Shown here one piece after another: positions 13,666 to 26,800 of a stretch of 64,000 bases of DNA. Position 1 is the first letter of the stretch. Every line of letters starts with the position of its first letter. The position numbers and the translations under genes were made by a program. Source of the DNA: Octopus bimaculoides (Eukaryota); NCBI RefSeq assembly GCF_001194135.2, contig NC_068985.1, positions 82,416,924 through 82,480,923 of the forward strand, written 5' to 3'. The notes under the pieces were generated by a model. That model was given only the letters and a program-made list of their open reading frames with translations, ran no database searches and was not told the origin of the DNA.

Positions 13666-16364
13666 CTTTTTTTTATTAATTGATAGTTTCATAGTTGTAC
13701 TTAACTTTAATTATGCTTTGCTGACTACTTTGTTTAATTTGCTTTAATGATTTTGATACTAAAATATACTTTCCGAAATATGATTTCAGTCATATATTAT
13801 GTATGTAGTGTCTTTTCCATAATCATCTTTATAATTTATTTTGTTAATAAACATGTTCAACAAATCAACTCATTTTCTAACCTCACTAATGATAGTAGAC
13901 ATGTAACATCATTTGAAACTCTCTCTGGCCTTTGAAGTTTCATCTTCCATGCAGAATCCTATAAGTTTTGTACCAAGTCTTCTGTACAAAATATGGGAAA
14001 TGAATTATACACTGTACAACTTATATACAACTAAATACAATATAATGTTAAGCTAAATTAAAAGCAATAATACTTGTGATAAGATGACTACTGCAAAACT
14101 TATTTTGTTGTATATGATCTAAGGCACTCACTCAGTCTGGAGATGTTTTAAAATTTACTGTTCAATAGATTGAGCACAAATTAGCCTTTACTGAAATGTA
14201 GCTCAAGCAGCTTTGTTGATAAGCACTTATAATACAAATAGAGGATGCATAAGAGATGAAAAAAAATGCCCTAAGGAGATGGATATCTTTGTGGATAAAG
14301 CAAACAAATTAGCAAATGGAATGATGTCATTCGATGAAACTTTATTATCAAGATGCTAAGGAAAATACTATACTAATGATTTGTTTAACCATACCAACTT
14401 GAGTTAGTGTTACATCAATGATACTGATGAATATGTGTTTAGAACTTTTGCAACATATATAAAGGCTAATTTCAATTTAAAAATTAAAACATGACCCTGG
14501 AGGTTGAGATTAAGAAAATAGTTTTGCGCAAGAAACTATGCAGCAGAATTTGACTATTAAGGAATATAAACCTTCAACTTAGACAGTAAAAGTGTTGATT
14601 TTTAGAATTGTTAATCTATAATAAGCTGTTTTGAAAAAAGTTAATATACAGAATCTCAAGAGATTGTTAAGAATTGTTTTAATTGCAAGTTGGTAGCATC
14701 TATATCATTGGTGGTGAAGTTATGGCACTAAAATTGAATGTGAATCGATCTTTTTTAAGTTTATTTACTGTGAATACATTTATATGCAAAAATAAATTTG
14801 TAAATCTAGTTTATTAATTGGTCACCTACTGAGATTAAGTGACATAGAGGTCTGGATATATGCATTTATGAACAGGAAAGTTTACAGATGAATCATAAAA
14901 ACTAAAACATGGGTAATATTGAATCATCAATTTTCCTGAAAATAAGTTGTAATGTGTTCAGTTGTGCCCAAGAGAGCTAAGTGCTCATTTTATAGAAGTT
15001 GTTATGTCTGAAGTAAGCATTCAGGTAGGGTTAAATCATATGAGTGAGGAAACTGAAATTTACTTTAAAAAATATGCAGATTGTGAAAAAGTCTACATAA
15101 ATGTCTATTATCCTGATATTAGATGAATTATAAAGGTCTGTTTTCTTTCTTTTTTATTATGCATTTTGTGAATAATAGCGTCATTGATTGTAAGTTTGAA
15201 TAGACTAATTGCTGTTTCATTTCACTTATGATGAAGAGGGAGACACAAGAATGCACAGTTATTTTTAACTCCTATTTTTATCAATTTACATATATATGAT
15301 TATTTTTAACCTTGGAATAAATTCTGAAAGAAAAAAGATTAGGCCATATCTCTATCAAGTTAATGACTATTTTTCTATTGTGGCAAATGTTGGATAAGTT
15401 TAAAGTATAACATACTTCCTTGTATGTTGCTACTGTCTGCATCAGCTAGCCACCTCATTTTGTTTCACTCTGCATATCTTTTACTTTCTCTCCTTTAAAC
15501 CCAAATTTTCTTATCCATCTCTTTGTTCTATCAAAGCAACTGTTTACTGCCTAATCATGGTTATTTGCAAAATTTCTTATTCCTAGTTAGCTAACTGCTT
15601 GGAGCTCTACTAGTTCTGATTTTCATATATAATGCAGCTAAGTGAACAACTGATATATTTCTTTAGATATATCACTACACATCCCTCATGAAACCAAAAT
15701 GCGTGGCCCTTGAATGCTTGAGTAGTTCAAGTGAAGGGCACTGTTTACAATGGGTGTGTGATTTTCCATATTGTAATTACTGCATGATTACCAGAAGGGC
15801 AAAGTATATGTTGTATAGTATATAGCCTGAAAGTTCTTTTGCTACCTGGATTCAACATAATTTGTTTTTCTCCTACGAAGATGCTCACTATCAATTTTTA
15901 AGAATTCTTATATCTACACTCCTCAAGCAAAATGGCAGTAAAAGTAGCATTCCTGCTAACAAAGCCACTATATTCATTGCCTGCTTTGCTTTCAACTACA
16001 CACCTCATATGAACTCCTCTCTTGTTTCACCACCATGTTGCATATAGTTGTAAAGTATAGGCAAGTATCTCCAATTATGCTAACTTGACAGAGAGACCAA
16101 ACCCTGATATTATTTATTCTATTATCCTCAAGCAGTGTGTTTTGCTGTTTGAACCATTATCATTAAACCGTTCTCTATACTGGAGTCTATTCTGATTTAT
16201 GGAAACATAACACAGTGTTTCTGCATTAATTTTCAAAGAACTTTTACTGGCACTGCTGGCTAGCTCTTTTTATTCCAGTTCATTCTTCCATGTTTTTGGC
16301 AACATTTTATGTGGTCCTTAAACTTTCCACTTCCAGTTGGAGATGAATTTTTTTTACCCACTTA

Positions 16365-17516
16365 CAGGGGGTCCCAGAAAGATTTACCTATTGATGTGTC
16401 TTATTTATTCAAAATAAACTTAAAGTAGGATAATGAAATTTGACACACATTCTAATGTAAATTATCAATCCATTGCAATAATTACATTTCAAAATGACCA
16501 CCTTTCACCTTGATCATAACCTGCAAATGGGTAGTCACTGATTTGCATGAGTGCCATACCACTGCTTCATCCAACTTGACCCATGAAGACAGAAGGGTTT
16601 TCTTCAGATCTGACACGTCTGAATAGGAGCGAGCAGAAACATTACTCTCTAAGATAGACCAGATAGCAAAGTCTATGGAATTGATGTCTGGACTTGAGGG
16701 AGGCCATATTGTCTTGTCCCCCAAACCAATGAAATGCTCTTTGCACCACTCTGTGTCAAATTGGATGTGTGTGCTGGAGCCCAGTCTTGAGTGAAGATGT
16801 AACTGTCGCCAAAGGTTTTTTTATGTTACCAGCTTTATAGTAACACTTTCTTATCCAACATTTCACTGTTGACCTTCACGCCAGCACTGATGAAGCCCAA
16901 GGAAGACTTATACTCATCAGATGCAACATGGTGAAGATCTCAGACCAGATCAACACTTTGTCAGTAGCACACTTCATCTCAGCTAAAATGGTTTTTCTCC
17001 TGTCGAGCCGTTTCATCTTGGAAGCTGCTGGAATTAACTGTCGAGATTGTTTCTTGTATGTAGTTAACTTTTAAATCCGCTTTAAAAATCCTGTGCATTG
17101 ACAATTTCAAAATATCAAGAGCTTTTGCAGTTTTTCTTGTACTCTTGTGAGGATTTCAGTTCATTTTCTTTCTTACAGCTTTAACAGTTTGTTTGGTATG
17201 AATTGATTGTTTCCTACCAGGAATTGGCTTGCTAGAGGTAGTAGCAGACTCCATATACTGTTTCAAGATATTGAACACCATTTTACGGTACACATTCAAT
17301 TGTTTTGTTATGTACTTGTTGCTTATTCAAGCTGTTTTGGTCACATTTTGCTTTTGATGCAATGTTTGTTTACAAACCTGTTTTAGACAAACAAAACAAT
17401 TGACACCTAAACAAAAGACATTTGTTCATCTTCCTGTAAAATGTAGATAATATTACCTGAACAGATATTCTTTAGGAAGAGTTTTAAACATGGGTAACTC
17501 TTTCTGGGACACCCTG
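16365..17516 (-). mobile_element. Near full-length decayed Tc1/mariner element, maT/DD37D-like, about 1.15 kb with TIRs
   Basis: Left TIR TA|CAGGGGGTCCCAGAAAGATTTACC (16365) matches the reverse complement of the right end GGTAACTCTTTCTGGGACACCCTG (17516). The minus strand shows N-terminal HTH (KQLNVYRKMVFNILKQYME...GRKQSI), VLIWSE-IFT, FISAGVKVNSE and WPPSSPDINSIDFAIWSILE...KGGHFE (ORF 16482-16724). Multiple stops and frameshifts. Confidence 0.88.
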
Positions 17517-19136
17517 TGTATATCATTCTTTTTTGTTTACAAAATTTCTTAACAGTAATTCTTATGGTTGTTTCTTTCTAGTCTCACTTAGCAAGCTTGT
17601 ACATCTGTATAATTTTGGATGTATTATTTTCTCAACAAAATTTTAATTTGTCCTTGCATTTGCACACTACCTCCTAGTTTAAAATATTTTACATTTCGCA
17701 AATATTTATAAACTTGCTTTCTACTTTTTTGTTATCTTTTTAAAATGTTTTTTGGTTAGGCAAGTGTGTCTATAGCCTTCTGTCTGGCTTTTAGTATTAA
17801 ATGATGCCAACCAGAACTTGTAATATGTTTACTTTTCTATTTGAAGTAAATGGAAAAAAAAAGTAATAAAAACAGAATAATCTATGTAAGTAGCCTTACA
17901 AAATCCAAATGCTTGAGTAAATATTTTATTCAGCTCATAACAAACAAGACATTAGGTGATCAAAAGCAATGGCTTAGTGTACTTTGTTTGCTAGTTAAGG
18001 TATTAGTGGATACACTTGATGTCTGAATAAAATAGAATTCTTTTTTGAAGTTACTTTTTTTTTAATTGTATAAGTTCTTAAATTTCTAGAATTAAATCTT
18101 TACAAATAATGTCATCTGGTTATGTTTCTTGAAAGTATATTTTTGTGAAGGAAAAATATTCAGTAGTTCTCTTCTCAACTTCAAGTTTCATTTGAGTCTT
18201 TGTTGTGTTAGTCTTAGACAAATCTTTTGTCTATCTCTCTCAAGTTAATAAAAAAAAAAAAAAAAAAAGCTCTAGCCCAATTAGAGGAGACCACACTGTT
18301 TTGCTGTATGACAATAAACATTAACTTTTGAAATGTTGATACAATGGATATTTGCTTTTTGTGTTATTTGAGAAATTAATTGTTAGAAATACTTTTAATA
18401 TTTTTTGTTGATGTCTTCTCTGATACTTAAGTTGTTAGAAATAGTGCACTAGCATTTGAAAGAAGCTTACCATTAGTTAACTAATTCAGATACTTCAGCT
18501 TTGTTACCGTAACATAGGATCAAGTGAAATTTATGTAACTTGTTTGGTCACACCTGCTAAAGAATGATTACAGTAATAAAAATAATTAACTGGGAATTTA
18601 ATGTATTAGTGGAACTTTTCTCTTGCAAGACTTTTTCTATATTTGTACTTGACTTAGCCCAGAGTTTGAAACAATAACACTGAAACTTGATAGCAATAAA
18701 TTTAGAATGAGTTGCTGTCATTTAAATCTCACCTAGGTTAATTTATTCAATCAATCTTAACTTTTAAAGTCTGTAGTGCTTTCTCTCTGTAAATTTCCTA
18801 ATCCTGTTAGAAAACAGAGATTTTGATGGACTGCAGCTCAGAATAAAAATCATGAAAACATAATTATTGCCTGAAAATGTATGAAATTTACTGATATGAT
18901 ATAATGATCATCGATATACATTGTAAATGTGGCTTTTACAAGTTGAGTTTTCTGTTTTGTTTTTTTTGCTTGTTGTATCACTTTCACTTGCCAGGGTAAG
19001 CTGAATACAAGCAGTGCAACTTCCATTTAAAGAGGAATTCTGAGGCATGCCTTCATCTTCTAATCAAAGGCTTTGTAAGGCCCAACTGATCTGTGTTACA
19101 GTTCTGTATTTAAGAGATGAGGAATTATGTACACTA

Positions 19137-19374
19137 TGAGCATATGGTATAGTGGTTAAGTGCACGGGCTACTAACCCCAAGATTCCAAGTTCGATTCCA
19201 GGCAGTGACCTGAATAATAATAACAACAACAACAACATCAAAAAATATCTTAGGAATGAGAACCCAGGTTCAAACTTTCCCCAAGACATCTGATGAAGGC
19301 TGGAGGGTATATCAGCCAAAACATGTTAACAACAAACAAAATGAGGACAAATATCCATCAATTGTAAATAATGT
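19137..19374 (+). mobile_element. tRNA-derived SINE whose body carries a Penelope-type hammerhead-like motif
   Basis: A-box TGGTATAGTGG (19145-19155) and B-box GTTCGATTCC (19190-19199), then an (AAT/AAC)n linker, then CTGATGA-A-GGCTG-loop-CAGCC-AAAAC (19290-19322). Confidence 0.75.
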
Positions 19375-20079
19375 AGATCTGTGTTATTTACTCTTTATAC
19401 AAGAATTACACTCTCCTCATAAACTTGCGATATTCAGAGAGTCTCCAATTAAAATTATCAGTAAATTGGTTTTTCGTTTAATCCTTACAATTCACTAACA
19501 AAAGCATCACTGCAATATCAACTCCATGATAGCTCTACTTCTGCTCAGAATTGATAGATCCCAACAACATTTAGATCACTGGTTTTTATAGATGACATTA
19601 AAATACCACTTTAATTATTTTATCCAAATGGAAATTCTTTTTCTCTAATCAAATCGTTAATAAATAAATAAGTAATATCCCCAAATTGTAATACATTACT
19701 TTGAAGTATTAACTACCATTATGCTTGAAAATTGAAAGAAAAAAAAAATATATGGAGAAATTTGCTCCATAAAATGCAAAAAAATATTCTGCACACATGG
19801 TTCACATATGAAGTCCTTTGACAAAAAGTTCTTTTGAAAATGAGGCTAAACTTTGTTTCTCGCATACTTGGCAACAGGTGCAGATTTCAGTTAATTGTGA
19901 ATGCCTAAGTTGCAGATTCATTAAATGAAGGTTAATTCAGAAATATGGGAGGAAATAAATGTATAAAATAAGGGTTTTGAGTTGGAATCATATCAATGTA
20001 TAAGCAAAAGACTTGCAAAGAGAGGAAGGTGGATGTAGCTCATCTGTGCTACCCTGACTTCATACTTCCACTTCATAGT

Positions 20080-20765
20080 CGCATACATATACAGTATCTC
20101 TGTCATTTCAAGCCAACAATTGAACCTGGGAAGTTCTCTCCATTAGTTTCATACACTGCACACCAGATCTAGCCCCTATACTCCCTTAACTTTTCGTTCT
20201 TTTTTTTCTACTTCTTTCATCTTCTCCTCTTCTCTCTCCCCACACTATTCCTCCCGCCTTGCTCTACAGAGATATGTTTTGCTCTTTGGAAACCTGCTAC
20301 ATTGTATCTGTTTCCAAAGAAGGGCCAACTATTGGTCTACTTTCCAACAATTCAGAAGTAATGGAGACTGCCATTACAATCAGCTTCAGTACCTACTAGT
20401 TGTCATGAAGGAAAATCTTTTTATTTTCTTAATGACAACTAGTGCACTCAAATCACATGCTGTCCTCTCTCTCTCTCTCTCTTTCCCTCCCTCCCTCTCA
20501 TCCCTCCGTTCCTCCCATGCTGCCATTTCTACCACCACTACAATGTCTTCTGCCTCTTAAAACTGTCTATTCATATGCTACATCCACTAAAGCTTTCTCA
20601 GCTCACTCATTCTCTCTTCTTATCACATATTCTGTCCTTTCACCCAAACACCTTAGAATTCCTCACCTGTATGTCTTAACTTGTAGCTGTTCAAGGGAAA
20701 CATTATCCCTGTTGATCTCACAGGTCTTGGAGTGCCTGAAAGGTAATGGCCACACCCCTTTAATC
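20080..20765 (+). mobile_element. Patchy CR1-group LINE remnant (RT N-terminal piece plus 3' end)
   Basis: Fragments read HCTPDLAPIL and SLWKPATLYLFPKEG...SEVMETAI (RT domain 0-2 like). The 3' tail (ctgttcaagggaaacatt...gatctcacaggtcttggagtgcctg) resembles the reverse complement of the 30540-30640 end of the minus-strand CR1 copy. Confidence 0.6.
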
Positions 20766-21179
20766 TGATTAATAAAATAAATGGTTACTTAATTGATGGC
20801 TGTTCATTTCACTGAGGTAGGTGATAGACTAAGTAGATGAAATATGGATATTCTGGCATGCATTTTATGTGTCTTCTATTGAAATTAGGTGTGGAATGAA
20901 GAAGCAAGTGATCAGTTGTATAACATTGTGTTTATGGTAGAAAGGCATTTTACATATTTTATATAGTGTATTGAACAATGAAGAAGTTATGCAGACATAA
21001 AAGATAAGTTTCACTAAAATGCAACTTCTGTCTGCAACAGAGTTTGAGTCAACTGAGAATTCTTCACATTGTTTGTGAATCTGCTGGAAATAAATTTCCT
21101 TTAAGTTACTCTCTGCCTTCCTGTGTGACAATCAGGGACATGAGAATCTAGTTATACTAATGAATGGCAAATATGTCAG

Positions 21180-21620
21180 TATAAGACAGTGTGTAAAGAG
21201 CCAAAAAGATGTTTTTAACATTGAAGCTACTGAAGATGATGACTTCAGAAAAGGGTGAGTTGAGATATCTTTAAATTTGGATGAAACATAGCTGAACAAT
21301 TGCTGGAGGTCTTTGGAGAAAGTTAGAGAGAGCAGATGTGTTTAGAAGAATGAGGGAGGTTTTTAGACTGGGAAGATGACACCGAATTATGTGTCAACTG
21401 TTAGCACAACCTTCTAAGGCTTTACCAATGTGACTATTGCTCAATGTTCTATCTGAGAGTGGGCCATTACTAGGAAACCCTATAATAAATAGTGACACTT
21501 TCAAAAGTAGAGTGCAGTAAGATGCAACATGTGATATATTATCTTGAGACCAGAGATAATATGGAGTGAACAAAGCTGAAAACACCTTGAGATCAAATGG
21601 CAGTATTAAAATGAGTAACA
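21180..21620 (-). mobile_element. Highly decayed CR1-group LINE RT fragment (tentative)
   Basis: The minus strand reads ...GPLSDRTLSNSHIGKALEGC, loosely resembling LLSDxQYGF / LDISKAFDRVW. Purine-rich plus strand as in the 30.5-32.4 kb copy. Weak similarity only. Confidence 0.35.
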
Positions 21621-22583
21621 TATTATTCCGGTCCCCTGTAAAACAAGCAAATGAATGTAGTTTTGGTGTTTTATCATGGCATCAACACTGGAAGGACTGT
21701 CTTACTGCACTTGCTCCTTTCAGCCTTGTTTCTTTCATGTAAGCCATGTCCTACCAGAAAAGTTATAAATCAAATGCAGAAATCATGGACTTGTTAAATG
21801 TTCATTTTAAAAAAAATTTTGCATCTGAGAAGTCTTTTGTAGAAAAGAAGAGAAAATCTCTTGTGAAATTTTAAAAAAATATTAAATTATCTGAAAAATT
21901 CAGATTCTAATACTTTACAAATATCTAACAAAACTTTTGATGAGGAATAAACTTTCAGCTATATGAATTCAAAGCAAAATATCTTATTTTGAAATTCTGT
22001 AAGAAAATATGAATGCATAGATCTGCTCTTCATGAATTGTGATCTTGCATTGAAATTTATTTTCTGGTGCATAAATAAACTTAGTGATGGATTGAAGGCT
22101 AATTTTCAATATCATAAATATTAGAAATTGAAAAAAACCAAAAAAACAAAACAAAAAAAAACTGTTGCATATATTGTTTCATAATGTTGATGTGTGAAGT
22201 AGTAAGAGGCATTTAATATTGAAATTAGAGATCTTTATTTGAATAAATTGTGCAAATCTATGGAAACTAATAGATGTGGAATACCAAAATTGATGGTGTA
22301 AATCTTCCTATCCATTTATACGAACTGCACCAACTAATAATATATATCAGAAATTTTCGTTTGAAATATTACATATACTGATTAGTTGTCAATAAAAATA
22401 ATGTAAAAATTTTACATTTAATAAAATGCAATGGGTTTTACACTCCAGTTACATTGGTAGAGGTGAACCGTAGTGAGAAATTTTACTCTGCTGAAGCTGG
22501 TATTTTAATCCAAATAAAACTGCAAACTTTTATTGTAAATTACAATTTATCAGTTTCTTATATACATATGCACACACACATGC

Positions 22584-23600
22584 ATGAGAGTCGGCTGAAA
22601 GTTCATAGGCTGACAAAAATACTCTCATCGAATACGACCAAATGAGGTTTATTTTACAACGTAATCTCACATTGCAGTCCACACATTTCTTCTATCAGTG
22701 TTGCAGTGCTTGGATCCCATTGGTGAAGGAGCTTTCATCCTGTTGCTCAAAAAAGTGATCAACAGCAGATACACCATCATCACTGTAAAACTGGTCCCTA
22801 ACCAAGTGTTCTTTTTTTTATGTTGGGAAACAGATGATAGTCAGATAGGGCAAAATCAGGAGAATAGGGAAGCTACTTGATCAGTTAACAGCCGCAGTCA
22901 TGTGCAACAGCCATTGAAGCCAAGGACCCGTGTGCTGGAGCATTGTCCCGTTGAAACGAGGCCCCTTTTATCAATTTTCCTGGGCATTTGGTCTTGTTAG
23001 TCTTCCATAACTGCATTAGCAAGTTGGCATTGTACTCTGCAGTGATGGTATGTCCCTTTTGAAGGTGGTGAATAATCACAATGCCTTTTGCAACCCGCTA
23101 AAAACTGAGGCCATTACCTTTCCTGCATATGAAACGATCTTGGCCTTCTTTGGAGTAAGTCTGGAGCGGTGTTTCTACTGCATGGATTGTCTTTTTGTTT
23201 CTGACTCAAAGTATTGAAGCCAACACTCATCGTGGGTAAGGAAACTGGCTGAATCAGCTTCATATTTTAAAATTTTCCCATGATGGGATCAGCCTGGTGT
23301 GCTTTTGATCAGGTGTCAGAAGATGTGGCATCCACCGAGCAGAATCCTTTGCTATGACAAGTTCATTGTGCCGAATGTTTTCAACTCTCTCACAGGATAT
23401 GCCAATAGCATTGGCTTTTTGATTTATAATCAGTTGCCTGTCATCCACCATCATGTGGTGAACATGATCAATGTTTACCTTGGTGGTGGTGGTTGTAAGA
23501 AGTCCAGGCATTGGGTTATCTGTAATACTCTCCCTCCCCCTCCTAAATTCAGCTGCCCATTTTAGCACTGTTGACAAAGCTAGAGCAGCATCCCCCAATG
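22584..23600 (-). mobile_element. 5'-truncated decayed mariner (DD34D) transposon
   Basis: Minus-strand motifs: WAAEFRRGRES, SARWMPHLLTPDQK (ORF 23260-23598), LQKGHTITAEY, FQRDNAPAH (ORF 22885-23079), LPYSPDFALSDYHLFPN and NGIQALQH. One TIR-like end (GAGAGTCGGCTGAAAGTTCATAGGCTGAC) at about 22584. The other end is replaced by a (TG)n tract at about 23605. Confidence 0.88.
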
Positions 23601-23639
23601 TATATACATGTGTGTGTATGTGCGTGTGTGTGTGTGTGT

Positions 23640-23845
23640 GTTTTACTGTCTTCTTGCCTTGACATCATGTGATAGTTGTAGGCAAATGTCCCTGTCATGC
23701 AAGCAGTATCATTTGTTTCCAATTTTCCATGAAAACATGTCTGGGCATGGTGAAATATTAGCTTACTTGTAAATAGGTGAGAATTGTTAGCCGGAAGGTC
23801 ATCTGCCATACAAAATCTCTCTGGTCCATGTCAACATGGAGAAGT
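23640..23845. repeat. Interspersed repeat fragment next to the mariner breakpoint
   Basis: GC-richer block (gccttgacatcatgtgatagttg...ggaaggtcatctgccatac...catgtcaacatggagaag) between microsatellites. It resembles a dispersed cephalopod repeat; family not determined. Confidence 0.45.
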
Positions 23846-26800
23846 GTTTCATATATATGTATATAATGCAGATGATGTTTTCAACTGAGATGCTACAATC
23901 ATATTTGTTTTTCACGCACGTCAATTCTGTGTATGTATATATATTTACTAATTTCCTGATATATACATTGATATATACATTGTTTTGATGCACCATTTTT
24001 TATCATTAATAAAACTGTCAGAATTTTTATGACATCAGAATGTTACTATTTACTGTAAAACTTCAAATATGATAGATTTTTTTTTCTTTTTTTTTTAAAT
24101 ATAAGGTCTAAAAGATTTAACCACTGTTTTACAGACTTGTAATGTTATCTCTTTTATTTTAATTTCAGTTTTGCAAAGCTATAAAAACTGATATTTAATG
24201 AATCAAGATATTGCTATTACAACAGTGAAAATTCTGTGTAAAACTGAATTTCAAGGAAAAATAATTTAATTTAAGAAATATGCTTGTTTCAAATTCATTT
24301 AATTAACTTCAGGATTAATGATTACAAAATAGTTTTTATCTTGCATGAAAAAACAAACAACAGAAGTATATATATATATATATAATCTCACTGAAGCTTT
24401 CAGTAGTATAATTTCTTTAATTCAATATTTTGATATAAGATTATTAAAGTTACCATGAAGAATTTTGATATTACTTATTTGTTAAATGGGTATCTTGATT
24501 CTTTTTTCTTATTTTAATTAGAAACTAGTAAGTAGATTATAGAAATGATTTTAAGTAAAATATTTCAAATAATTTATGTAGATTAGTTTTCATGTTCTTG
24601 CACAAAATATCTTGTAAACATCTAGCTTTAAATTTATAGCAGTTAGCAATTAGAGGAAAAAGAAAAAAAAAAGACAAACATTTTAGGTTTCTTGTCATTG
24701 AATTACACGTTTCTTTTTAAGAATACAACCGGTAGCGTTATGCCTTGATTAAAAAGCTTCTTTATATCTAGTAGGTTAGTCTTACCTTGATTATTGTACA
24801 ACTTAAAAAAATATGACTATAAACTTGACAAGCAGTACCCAGTTATTGTGGAAAGATTATAAAATAAAAAATTAATTAATTTTGTTATTTCATCAGATTT
24901 GAAAATTCCTTTCAAAATGTTCTAATGATATGTGTTTGTATGATAGAAAAGGCAGTATAGTGCAAATGAGATGAGGAAGCAGTTGACTATTAAAGCCATT
25001 AACTAACATATATATGAGAACAAGTGCACTGGTATAGATAATAGGATTATCTTTTGATAGTGGAAGGTATCCAAGATAGCAAAGGACCATCAATGGCATA
25101 GAAAAAAAAAATGAGGAAATTACTTCTGAGGATGTTTTACCTCAGAGATAAAAATGACATGGGATCAGAAAGAATAGTGATATAATAAACTGATCAACAC
25201 ATGCCAACATAAAAAAAAAGACAAGATTAATATCTTGTCAATGATAATGAGACTGGATATAATCTTAATGTTGAAGTAGCTTTGATTCTAAATGTTATAA
25301 TCAGGAGGGGTTAGTGGATTTTTACTCAATGAGACTTAGAATATTTTGCTATATTTATTATATACTATAAATTCTTTTATATTTTTAGTTTCTAATTAAC
25401 TTAAAAACTGACTCAATAATTATGGAGTAAATGGAAATTAGTCTATTTCCTTGTTGCAGTATTAATGTAAATTTATATAAACCAGGGCATTAGCTCAGAT
25501 GTTCCTTTATGTCCAATTATCTCATCACCTTTTGTTCATTAAAGAGTTGTTCGTTCTCATTTTCAACCCCTTTTTTTAATCATTTTATATGTATCGTGAC
25601 CTCAAAATCTTGTGTAATTAATAATAATAATTTTTTATTAATCCTTGAAAATTAAGACTGGTTTATATTTTTGAACTAGGTCATTTTGTTAACCCAATAA
25701 GGTCATGAAACTAGATTTTAATTTCTAGCTAGAACCATTTTACATATATTGTTTTGAAAAAACATGAACTTCAAATCACCTTATTTTCCCAGCTCTAAAA
25801 TCTGAGGCATCTCTAATTGATAATTAAAGACAAAGAATAGTAAAATGTTAAATTATTCTATAAATTTGAAGTGCGCAAATAAAATGATTCACTTAAAAAA
25901 AATTAGTATCCCAAATCTTACGTCTAACAGTAGAAACAAAGTAAAATGGTCAATCCTTTAAAGTTAATAAATCCTTTCTGTTTGAAAATCTTTAACTTAT
26001 CATTCTGATTCATCTATTTATTTTCCCTTTTGAAGCTTATTTAAGGTCAGCATTGAAAAGAAAAAGGAAAAATAATCTTCATTTACATTAAATGCAGGCT
26101 GGCTGTTTCAAATCATTATGGCTGAAAGTATGCTTGTCTCCAAAAATAGGGAATACATTGATTTAAAGAAAAACACTTTTTTAAAATTTAAAAAAAAATC
26201 ATTTTAAATTTAAAAATTGAAATTAAAAAAAATTTCCCTCACTTTCTTTCTCTCTCACTTTCTCCACCTCTACTAGTTTTTACTTTCATCGATACTTGAA
26301 GCTTAATATATTTTGGGGTTTGCTTATATTTCTTTTTTTACCTCCCATTTTCCTTTTTTGGCTCTGTGTTGCAATGGATTTTAAATGCATCTTCTGTTAA
26401 ATGTAGTGGAACATTCTATCAAAACCTCAAAGGTTATTTGCATAAACTGATGATCTTCGCTGAACTTTGCTCTATATTTATGAGAAATTTGCTAAGGATC
26501 TTTTAATTATGAAAAGATGAAGTCTTTTAACCAGCCCCTACTGATTGTTGATGGCTACTTGCATGCAAATTTCTGAGAATCTGTTTAGTTCGCAATGTCT
26601 TATTGATTTCTTTTATGACGTATGCATGGTTTGCTGTGAACATGCACACATTTTTGCAGGCACATGCAGTCGACGTTTTCTTCTACTCCCTATATTGAAC
26701 TCTCCTTAACAAAACACTTGTGATAGTATTAATCGCATGTATTAAATGAACTATAGCATATCTAGCTTCAAAGACTGAAGTCTAACAGAGCTTGTTTGAG

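Noticed and set aside
15706-15739. Small hairpin GCCCTT..CTTGA-GTAGT-TCAAG..AAGGGC
   Set aside because: Too short and bulged for a pre-miRNA, and expected by chance in 64 kb.
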